Source: Minisyncoccota bacterium (GTDB lineage: Bacteria; Patescibacteriota; Minisyncoccia; Phycocordibacterales; Phycocordibacteraceae). Taken from it: a stretch of 36,160 bases of DNA. Below, piece after piece: positions 1-6,725 of this stretch. The notes under the pieces are model-generated. The model worked only from the letters and a program-made list of their open reading frames with translations, did no database searches and had not been told where the DNA came from. The position numbers and the translations under genes are program-made. The stretch is from assembly GCA_035531095.1 (NCBI GenBank), contig DATKTL010000011.1, positions 1 to 36,160 of the forward strand. Reading direction: 5' to 3'. Within the stretch, counting starts at the first letter, position 1. Every line of letters begins with the position of its first letter.

Positions 1-276
1 CTTTCGGCGCTTCTGGTGCCGTTCTCCCTTGCGTATTCCTACACGCTCTATCGAAGCTTCACGTCCCTGAAACCGGCTCTCAATGCGCTCTCGTCTAAGA
101 CCGAACGCGGGTTCTTCATCGCGAGCGGCATTCTCGGTTTCTTGGCTCCCGTCATCCTCGTGCTCGGGGTCGTCGCTCTGTTCCTGCTCGGGAAAGCTGC
201 GGCAAGTCCGGCAGCGGCAGCGCCATTGGGAACCGCGACTTCGTCTGGCCTCATGATTCCCGCGCCGCTCCCGTAG
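1..276 (+). CDS. 3' end of a membrane-protein gene (5' end lies outside the window)
   Basis: Frame 1 is open from base 1 to TAG 274-276. It has a hydrophobic helix FFIASGILGFLAPVILVLGVVALFLL followed by an Ala/Pro-rich tail, with G/C-rich third positions. No family recognised. Confidence 0.45.
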   Translation, partial: LSALLVPFSLAYSYTLYRSFTSLKPALNALSSKTERGFFIASGILGFLAPVILVLGVVALFLLGKAAASPAAAAPLGTATSSGLMIPAPLP

Positions 277-344
277 CCTCTCCTCGAAGGGCCGTTATCA
301 ACAGCCTCCTCGAGGGAGGTGGGGTATACTGGCCATCTTATGGA

Positions 345-422
345 CCCCGTTAGAAACTTAATCCCTAAACGTTAGGAACTCTTTTATGATACACAACTCT
401 TCGAAGCGGGTTTCTAACGGGG
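345..422. repeat. 13-bp perfect inverted repeat CCCCGTTAGAAAC (345-357) / GTTTCTAACGGGG (410-422) bracketing the malic-enzyme start codon
   Basis: Read directly. The arms are exact reverse complements and A344-T423 extends the pairing. A near-copy CGTTAGGAACT lies at 369-379 in the loop. Confidence 0.6.
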
Positions 423-1552
423 TGGACACCAAGAAAATACTGGCAGCGTTCAAGAAGCAGGGGGCGCGCATCGAGACGAAAGCGAAGGTGAAGCTCACGA
501 AGAAAACCGATTTCTCGCTCTGGTACACGCCCGGCGTGGGCGTCGCCTCGCTGCATCTGGCCAAGCACCCGGAGGACGCGCGCAAGATGTCGATCAAGGC
601 GAATAGCGTCGCCATCGTCTCGGACGGCTCGGCGGTGCTCGGCCTCGGCAATATCGGCCCGTACGGCGCGCTGCCGGTGATGGAAGGGAAGGCGCTTATC
701 TTCAAAGCGAAGGCGGACGTTGATGCATGGCCTCTGGTCCTCGATACGCAGGATCCCGATGAGATCGTGCGCATCGTGAAGGCGGTTGCGCCGAACTTCG
801 GCGGTATCAATCTCGAAGACATCGCGGCCCCCGCTTGCTTCGAGATCGAGAAGCGCCTCATCGAAGAGCTCGACATCCCTGTGATGCATGACGACCAGCA
901 CGGCACCGCTATCGTCGTGCTCGCCGGCCTCATCAATGCCGCGAAAGTCGTGAAGAAGGATCTCAAGAAGCTGCGCGTCGTGGTGAGCGGCGCGGGTGCC
1001 GCCGGTACCGCCGTCGCGAAGCTCCTCGCCGCCACGGGCGTGAAGGACATCATCCTCCTCGATCGCGCGGGCGCCATCTATGCGGGACGCGAGGGACTGA
1101 ATGCGCACAAGGCCGAGCTCGCCACGCTCACGAATCCGCGCAAGGCAGAGGGCGGCCTCGCTGAGGTCATGCAGGACGCGGACGTCTTTATCGGTGTCTC
1201 GGGCAAGGGCGTGCTCAAGGCCGAGCATGTCGCCCTCATGGCGCCGCGCGGCATCATATTCGCTCTCGCCAATCCGGAGCCGGAGATCCTGCCGGAGGAG
1301 GCCTGGCAAGCAGGCGCCGAAGTCATCGCGACGGGCCGCAGCGACTTCCCGAACCAGATCAATAATTCTCTCGTCTTCCCGGGCATCTTCCGCGGCGCGC
1401 TCGACAAGGGCGTGAAGCAGATCACCGAGGCGACCAAGCTCCGCGCCGCCCGCGCGCTCGCGGCGCTCGTGGCGAAGCCCTCGGCAGAGAAGATCATCCC
1501 CGACATGCTCGACAAGCGCGTCGTCGGCGCGGTCGCCAAGGCGGTCCGCTAG
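386..1552 (+). CDS. NAD(P)-dependent malic enzyme (short ~390-aa type)
   Basis: 388 aa with LWYTPGV, AIVSDGSAVLGLGNIGP, LPVMEGKALIFK, GGINLEDI and a VVSGAGAAGTA Rossmann motif, all typical of prokaryotic short malic enzymes. Confidence 0.9.
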   Translation: MIHNSSKRVSNGVDTKKILAAFKKQGARIETKAKVKLTKKTDFSLWYTPGVGVASLHLAKHPEDARKMSIKANSVAIVSDGSAVLGLGNIGPYGALPVMEGKALIFKAKADVDAWPLVLDTQDPDEIVRIVKAVAPNFGGINLEDIAAPACFEIEKRLIEELDIPVMHDDQHGTAIVVLAGLINAAKVVKKDLKKLRVVVSGAGAAGTAVAKLLAATGVKDIILLDRAGAIYAGREGLNAHKAELATLTNPRKAEGGLAEVMQDADVFIGVSGKGVLKAEHVALMAPRGIIFALANPEPEILPEEAWQAGAEVIATGRSDFPNQINNSLVFPGIFRGALDKGVKQITEATKLRAARALAALVAKPSAEKIIPDMLDKRVVGAVAKAVR

Positions 1553-1574
1553 CTTCTTGTCTTGCGCTTGATTT

Positions 1575-1583
1575 TGGTATACT
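1575..1583 (+). promoter_or_regulatory. Extended -10 TGgTATACT, 6 nt before the lemA ATG
   Basis: TATACT at 1578-1583 and ATG at 1590. No SD fits in the 6-nt gap. Confidence 0.5.
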
Positions 1584-1589
1584 AGGGGT

Positions 1590-2150
1590 ATGACTACCAC
1601 CACCATCGTGCTCATCGTTGCCGCTGTCGTCGTGCTCTGGGCGATCATGGCTTATAACGGCCTCATTACGCTTACCAATCGCGCCAAGGAGGCCTGGGCC
1701 GACATAAGCGTGCAGCTCAAGCGCCGCTACGACCTCATCCCGAATCTCGTCGAGAGCGTGAAGGGCTATGCCGCGCACGAGTCGAGCGTATTCGAGAATG
1801 TCACCACAGCACGCGCCGCCGCTATGGGCGCGGGCTCTGCGACGCCGGCCGCGCAGGCCGCCGCAGAGAATCAGCTCACCGGCGCGCTGAAGACGCTCTT
1901 CGCCGTTTCCGAGGCGTATCCCGACCTGAAGGCAAATCAGAACTTCCTTCAGCTCCAGCAGGAGCTCGGCGATACCGAAGACAAGATCCAGGCCGCCCGC
2001 CGCTTCTACAATACGACCGTCATGGCGCTCAATACCGCGGAACAGCGGTTCCCGGGCAATATCATCGCCTCATCCTTCAGCTTCAAGCCAATGGACCTCT
2101 TCGAATTGACCGAGGCCGCAGCGGCCGAGCCGGTGAAGGTGCAGTTCTAA
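1590..2150 (+). CDS. lemA: LemA family membrane protein
   Basis: N-terminal TM helix followed by AYNGLITL..AWADISVQLKRRYDLIPNLVESVKGYAAHE, the LemA signature. It is followed by htpX, as in the common lemA-htpX pairing. Confidence 0.9.
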   Translation: MTTTTIVLIVAAVVVLWAIMAYNGLITLTNRAKEAWADISVQLKRRYDLIPNLVESVKGYAAHESSVFENVTTARAAAMGAGSATPAAQAAAENQLTGALKTLFAVSEAYPDLKANQNFLQLQQELGDTEDKIQAARRFYNTTVMALNTAEQRFPGNIIASSFSFKPMDLFELTEAAAAEPVKVQF

Positions 2151-2190
2151 CAGGGGCAGTTTTCTGTTTATCAGGCTAATTTCTAACGGG

Positions 2191-3093
2191 ATGAATCTCT
2201 ACGAGCAGCGTAGCTCGAATATCCGCCGGACCTGGGCCCTCGTGCTCGGCTTCCTCATCGTCGTCATCGCGGTGGGGTACGCCATCTCGTGGTACTACGG
2301 CAATCCCGGCATCCTCTATATCGCGATCGTGCTCGCGGTCGCGACGAATTTCTACGCGTACTGGGAGAGCGACAAGCTCGTGCTCTCGCTCAACCACGCG
2401 CGGCCGGCCTCGCGCGAGGAATTCTTCGATTTCTATACCGTCACCGAGAATCTCGCCATCACGGCCGGGCTGCCGGGGCCGAAGCTCTACGTGATCGACG
2501 ACCCGGCCCCGAACGCTTTCGCGACCGGCCGCGATGAGAAGCATGCGGTCGTCTGCGCGACGACCGGCCTCCTCGCCATGATGACGCGCCCCGAGCTCGA
2601 GGGCGTCATCGCGCACGAGCTCTCGCACGTGAAGAACCGCGACATCCTGCTCATGACGATAGCCGTGGTGCTCGCCGGATTCGTCGCCCTCATCGCGAAT
2701 ATCTTCCTGCGTATGTCGTTCTGGGGCGGCGGTCGTAGCAACGACCGGGAAGGCGGCAATGCGCTCATGATGATACTCGCGGTAGTCGGCATCGTGCTCG
2801 CGCCCTTGGCCGCGAAGCTCATCGAGCTCTCCATCTCGCGCCGCCGCGAGTATCTCGCCGACGCATCAGGCGCGCTGCTCACGCGCTACCCGGAGGGTCT
2901 CGCTTCGGCACTTACGAAGATCGGCAGCTATGCGGCGCCCATGCGCGACGCGAACCTCGCGACCGCGCATCTCTTCATCGGCGACCCCTTCGGCGCGAAG
3001 GCGCAAGGGAGCAGCGGCTGGATCGAGCGTATGTTCTCGACGCACCCGCCCATAAGCGACCGCATCAAGGCCCTCCTTGGCCCGCAGGCGTGA
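2191..3093 (+). CDS. htpX: M48-family zinc metalloprotease HtpX
   Basis: 300 aa, multi-TM, HELSHV zinc motif, a downstream E(Y)LAD region and a C-terminal STHPPISDRI. Confidence 0.9.
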   Translation: MNLYEQRSSNIRRTWALVLGFLIVVIAVGYAISWYYGNPGILYIAIVLAVATNFYAYWESDKLVLSLNHARPASREEFFDFYTVTENLAITAGLPGPKLYVIDDPAPNAFATGRDEKHAVVCATTGLLAMMTRPELEGVIAHELSHVKNRDILLMTIAVVLAGFVALIANIFLRMSFWGGGRSNDREGGNALMMILAVVGIVLAPLAAKLIELSISRRREYLADASGALLTRYPEGLASALTKIGSYAAPMRDANLATAHLFIGDPFGAKAQGSSGWIERMFSTHPPISDRIKALLGPQA

Positions 3094-3109
3094 TATTGGA
3101 AGGGTTTTC

Positions 3110-3118
3110 TGCTATAAA
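3110..3118 (+). promoter_or_regulatory. Extended -10 TGcTATAAA, 10 nt before the tRNA-Ser(GGA) 5' end
   Basis: TATAAA at 3113-3118. The tRNA starts at 3129. Confidence 0.45.
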
Positions 3119-3128
3119 GGAATCACAC

Positions 3129-3215
3129 GGAGGCGTCGCATAGTGGTCTAGTGCACCGCCTTGGAAAGGCGGCAGGCTCGAAAGGGTCTCGGGAGTTCGA
3201 ATCCCCCCGCCTCCG
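3129..3215 (+). tRNA. tRNA-Ser (anticodon GGA), no encoded CCA
   Basis: Hand-folded. Acceptor GGAGGCG/CGCCTCC, anticodon stem CCGCC/GGCGG with loop TTGGAAA, long variable arm, T-loop TTCGAAT, discriminator G. Confidence 0.9.
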
Positions 3216-3218
3216 CAC

Positions 3219-3839
3219 ATGGATAATAAGACAATCGCGACGTATAACCGCCTCGCGCAGGGGTACGACGATGAGACCGCCGATTTCTGGGAGAAATTCC
3301 CCCGTACATTCCTCGACCAGTTCGTCTCCCTAAGCGGCACGACCATTCTCGACGTCGGGAGCGGTCCGGGTCGGGATGGTCTGCTTCTTCAAGAAGCGGG
3401 GAAAGAAGTCATGTGTCTCGATGCTTCAGAGGAAATGGTGAAGCTCTCCTCCGAACGAGGGCTGCCGTCGGTCGTCGGGGACTTCATGGGACTCCCGTTT
3501 CCCGATGCCGCATTCGATGGCGTCTGGGCGTACACGTCGTTGCTCCATGTGCCGAAGGCAGTCGTCGGCAGCGCTTTTGAAGAAGTCGTAAGAGTCCTGA
3601 AGGATGGCGGCATGCTTGGCCTCGGTTTCATCGGGGGAGGACAAGAATTGTATCGGGAGAATTTAGGAGAAGGGAATCCTCGATGGTTCAGTTACTATAT
3701 GAAAGAAGAGGTCGAACGATTGGTCGAAAGACAGGGGTGCGAGCCGGTCTATTTCGAGTCGTTTCCGGCCGGGAAATCCGGATCAAAGGATTATCTTAAT
3801 TTCATTTTCCGCAAAGTTATGAAATCGGATCAATCTTAG
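3219..3839 (+). CDS. Class I SAM-dependent methyltransferase
   Basis: 206 aa with motif I ILDVGSGPGRDG, an acidic post-I residue (LDAS) and motif-II-like FDGVWAY. The ATG lies 3 nt after the tRNA-Ser end. Confidence 0.85.
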   Translation: MDNKTIATYNRLAQGYDDETADFWEKFPRTFLDQFVSLSGTTILDVGSGPGRDGLLLQEAGKEVMCLDASEEMVKLSSERGLPSVVGDFMGLPFPDAAFDGVWAYTSLLHVPKAVVGSAFEEVVRVLKDGGMLGLGFIGGGQELYRENLGEGNPRWFSYYMKEEVERLVERQGCEPVYFESFPAGKSGSKDYLNFIFRKVMKSDQS

Positions 3840-3882
3840 CTCCGGTGCCACTTGGCAGCGAAGCTTCCAAGTTTCAGTTACG

Positions 3883-4116
3883 TTACGCGTAATACGCGCG
3901 CAGGTAGGCGACGATATCGTCCGACTCGTACATCTCGATAGTGCGGTCGGTGTCCACGAGGTAGGGCACTTGGCGCTTGCCGCCGCGCGCTATGAGCTCC
4001 GCCGCGATCGCGTCGTCGGCGATGTTCTTCTCGTCGAAGGTGACGCCGAGCGCGTCGGCCACGTCGAGCACTTTGTGGCAGAACGGGCAGCCGGTCTTTA
4101 CATACAGGGTCAGCAT
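3883..4116 (-). CDS. Glutaredoxin-fold protein (Grx / GST N-terminal-like), CPFC active site
   Basis: 77 aa with LYVKTGCPFCHKV and QVPYLVD, the thioredoxin-fold signature. Confidence 0.8.
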   Translation of the reverse strand: MLTLYVKTGCPFCHKVLDVADALGVTFDEKNIADDAIAAELIARGGKRQVPYLVDTDRTIEMYESDDIVAYLRAYYA

Positions 4117-4124
4117 AGGTAATT

Positions 4125-4133
4125 ACGATAGCA
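4125..4133 (-). promoter_or_regulatory. Extended -10 TGcTATCGT (minus strand), 8 nt before the Grx ATG
   Basis: Reverse complement of 4125-4133. Start codon at 4116-4114. Confidence 0.4.
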
Positions 4134-5279
4134 TTATTTCTTCGTGCCCTGGGGGAGAACGCCCCAGAGCGCCGGGTCTTCGCCGCCGTCGAGCTTGAAT
4201 ATCGCCACGCCGCGCACGCCGAGAGAGCGTGCGAGCGCTATCTTGTCGGCAATGGCCTGCGCATCGCTCCACCACACGATATGGAGCGGCGGAGTTGCTG
4301 CCGCTGCGGCGCCGGCGACCTGCGGCGTGGTCGTGGGCGTATAGACGAAGCTCATCTCGCCGGCTGAATTGCGCGCGGGCGTGATGCCGAGCTCGCCGGC
4401 GAGCGTCAGCGCATAGCTCGGGTTGAGCGCCCAATTGAGGTCGTAGCGATAGCCGGATTGGGAGAGCTTCGTGAAGTCGTACTCGTACCCGTAGGTGGCC
4501 ACGCCGATGACGAGCTTTTTCTTGGAGATGGTCTGTGCGGCGTAGGTCATCACCTTCTTCACCCATGCGGTATCGGCGACGGGGATGTAGGGCTGGCCAT
4601 CGGCGGCGGCGTTGAGTCGCAGGTCGACCGCGCCCTGGTCGTAGGCCATGATCTGCACGCGGTCGCAGTAGCGGTTGATGGCCGTATAGTCGTTCGCGTA
4701 GTCGAGCGTCTTCGGGATGACGTCGAATGCCGAGGCGGGCGGCGTGCGCGGCTCGATGCTGCAGTAGACCCACTTCTGACCCATGCGTGCATAGAGCCCC
4801 TTCAGGAAGAGCGAGAAGTACGGCCGGCTCTCGGCGGACTTGTTCTCGAAGTCGATATTGATGCCGCTGAAGCCCTGCTTTTTCGCCAGATCGGCGATGC
4901 GCACTTCGAGCGCGCGGCGGCGGGGGCCGGATTTCAGGATCGCATCGATAGCTGCGCCGTTGCTCCACATGACGGTCGGGATCATCTTCACTTTTTCGGC
5001 CTTCGTCGTGACGCGGAGCAGACTGGCAGTCGAGGTGGACGAGGTCGCATCGAAACCGAAGGCGTCGTAGAGGGAGCCGTCGTTCTGAACGACATAACCG
5101 AAGGGCATGACGGCAGTGAAGTCTTGCAGGTGGGGGATGACGTCGATGGTGCCGGTGGCTTCCCGCCAGTAGGGAATCCAGCCCGAAATCTCGAGAGGTG
5201 CTATTACCGACTTCGCCGCAGCATGGCTGCTGCCGGGGAGAAGCAGAAGGAGGAAACTGAAGAGCAGGATGCGGCGCAT
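4134..5279 (-). CDS. Secreted glycoside hydrolase family 18-like protein (YaaH/YdhD-type, possible peptidoglycan/chitin hydrolase)
   Basis: Signal peptide MRRILLFSFLLLLLPGSSHAAA, a GH18 catalytic-type motif FSGINIDFEN and a later MAYDQ motif. Confidence 0.75.
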   Translation of the reverse strand: MRRILLFSFLLLLLPGSSHAAAKSVIAPLEISGWIPYWREATGTIDVIPHLQDFTAVMPFGYVVQNDGSLYDAFGFDATSSTSTASLLRVTTKAEKVKMIPTVMWSNGAAIDAILKSGPRRRALEVRIADLAKKQGFSGINIDFENKSAESRPYFSLFLKGLYARMGQKWVYCSIEPRTPPASAFDVIPKTLDYANDYTAINRYCDRVQIMAYDQGAVDLRLNAAADGQPYIPVADTAWVKKVMTYAAQTISKKKLVIGVATYGYEYDFTKLSQSGYRYDLNWALNPSYALTLAGELGITPARNSAGEMSFVYTPTTTPQVAGAAAAATPPLHIVWWSDAQAIADKIALARSLGVRGVAIFKLDGGEDPALWGVLPQGTKK

Positions 5280-5414
5280 CCTGCCATCGTACCATCCGGG
5301 GCTCGGCGAGGGAGGTGCTTTGTTATAAAAGCTCTCGGCAGGTGTATTACTCTATGCAGGCGCACGATGACGTGCGGCTCGCGTTATCAAAATGTAATGG
5401 TCAACCTTACTAAC

Positions 5415-6089
5415 ATGACAAAGAGAATGACAGCGGCGCTCGGCATCCTCGGGACGCTCGCTTTCGCAGGGGTGGCATTCGCACAGACGACAGCGACGCC
5501 GGTCGCAACGGCGCCGGTCGCTTCGCAGCCGCAGGTGCTCACGGTGGGCGCTGCCGGGAAAGTGCTCCTCCGGGGCACGGTGAGCGCGGTTTCTGCAGGA
5601 TCGGTGACGGTCAAGAGCTGGGGCGGCGACTGGACGGTGAACGTCCCTGCGACGGCCGAGGTGCTCCCGCAGGGCTCGACGGTGTCCGGCTTCCAGACAG
5701 GCGACTTCGTCGGCGTGCAGGGCACGATCGACCAGAGCACGAGCTGGACGGTGACAGCGTCTCTCATCCGCGACTGGACGGCGCGTCAGGCGCTGAACCA
5801 GGAAGTGAAAGCGAACGTGCAGGCGGTCCGCCAGACGGAAGCAGCCGGGCCGAAGACCATCCAGGGCGTGCTCTCTAACCTGGATGCGACGGCGCAGACC
5901 TTCACGCTCACGAGCGCGAACGGCACGGCATACACCGTCTCGCTCTCCTCGGGCGTGAAGATGCTCGCGAAGAACTGGACCACGCTCGACTTCACCAAGG
6001 TGAAGGATGGCGACACGGTCCGCGTGTACGGCACGGTCGCGAGCTCCTCGATTACCGCATCGATCTTCCGAGACGTCTCGGTGCGGTAG
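5415..6089 (+). CDS. Secreted protein with two DUF5666-like beta domains
   Basis: Signal peptide MTKRMTAALGILGTLAFAGVAFAQ. Repeated G.V..V....VTV... / DGDTVRVYG modules. The upstream 300+ codons of the 543-aa track ORF are antisense to the GH18 gene. In-frame alternative starts at 5397 and 5427. Confidence 0.65.
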   Translation: MTKRMTAALGILGTLAFAGVAFAQTTATPVATAPVASQPQVLTVGAAGKVLLRGTVSAVSAGSVTVKSWGGDWTVNVPATAEVLPQGSTVSGFQTGDFVGVQGTIDQSTSWTVTASLIRDWTARQALNQEVKANVQAVRQTEAAGPKTIQGVLSNLDATAQTFTLTSANGTAYTVSLSSGVKMLAKNWTTLDFTKVKDGDTVRVYGTVASSSITASIFRDVSVR

Positions 6090-6105
6090 GATATCCTCTC
6101 TCATA

Positions 6106-6139
6106 AAACACCCGTCGGCCGAATGGCCGGTGGGTGTTT
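6106..6139 (+). terminator. Rho-independent terminator after the DUF5666-like gene
   Basis: AAACACCCGTCGGCC / GAAT loop / GGCCGGTGGGTGTTT gives a 15-bp stem (two G-U pairs) ending in TTT. Confidence 0.7.
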
Positions 6140-6147
6140 GCTATAGT
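6139..6147 (+). promoter_or_regulatory. Extended -10 TGcTATAGT, 7 nt before the DUF192 ATG
   Basis: TATAGT at 6142-6147 and ATG at 6155. Confidence 0.5.
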
Positions 6148-6154
6148 GGCCTGC

Positions 6155-6634
6155 ATGAAGCGGTATCGCTATAGGGCGTTCGGCGTGGTCCTGCTTGCGG
6201 TCGCGGTGCTCCTTCTTATCTATCGGACAAACGCGCCGTCGACTCCGGCGGTGCCAGCGCAACCGGCCGCAGAGTTCGGCGGTGTGTCCTTGAATATCGA
6301 ATACGCCACGACGACCGCCGCTCGGGAGCGCGGCCTCGGCGGCCGGACGAGCATACCGAGCGACTACGGCATGCTCTTCGTCTTCCCGAAAGACGGCCTG
6401 TACGGCTTCTGGATGAAGGATACGCTCGTCCCGCTCGACATGTTCTGGCTCAATGCTCAAGGACAGGTCGTCTTCATCGCCGAGGACGTGCTCCCGTCAT
6501 CCTTCCCGCATGTCTTTTATCCGTCTGCGCCGGCTCGGTATGTCCTTGAGACTGCCGCCGGCTTCGCGGCTGCGCATAGCATCATCACCGGCACCCCGCT
6601 GTTATTGAAAGATTTTCCGAGCGTTTCGCAATAA
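6155..6634 (+). CDS. DUF192 (COG1430) domain protein with N-terminal TM/signal anchor
   Basis: GMLFVFPKDGLYGFWMKDTLVPLDMFWL and YVLETAAG are typical DUF192 blocks. ATG 6155 is preferred over the GTG 6134 used in the track. Confidence 0.8.
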   Translation: MKRYRYRAFGVVLLAVAVLLLIYRTNAPSTPAVPAQPAAEFGGVSLNIEYATTTAARERGLGGRTSIPSDYGMLFVFPKDGLYGFWMKDTLVPLDMFWLNAQGQVVFIAEDVLPSSFPHVFYPSAPARYVLETAAGFAAAHSIITGTPLLLKDFPSVSQ

Positions 6635-6725
6635 CGCTGTCCACATGGCGTTCCGTCGGAGGAGGAGTAACATTACGGATAACGAAATGAGCATTATTAC
6701 GTGCTGTCATTAATTCTTCCCGTCC

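Noticed and set aside
365-1648. 427-aa minus-strand ORF covering the whole malic-enzyme gene
   Set aside because: It is antisense to a clearly recognisable enzyme. The translation is Arg/Asp/Glu/Leu-rich with no motifs, which is the usual long shadow ORF of GC-rich DNA.
4458-5414. N-terminal ~320 codons of the 543-aa plus-strand ORF
   Set aside because: This part is antisense to the GH18 gene. A clean signal peptide begins at M 5415, so only 5415-6089 is called.
6635-6725. Cobalamin riboswitch or NrdR boxes upstream of nrdJ
   Set aside because: Only ~90 nt are available. I found no B12-box-like sequence and no palindromic NrdR-box pair, only short hairpins.
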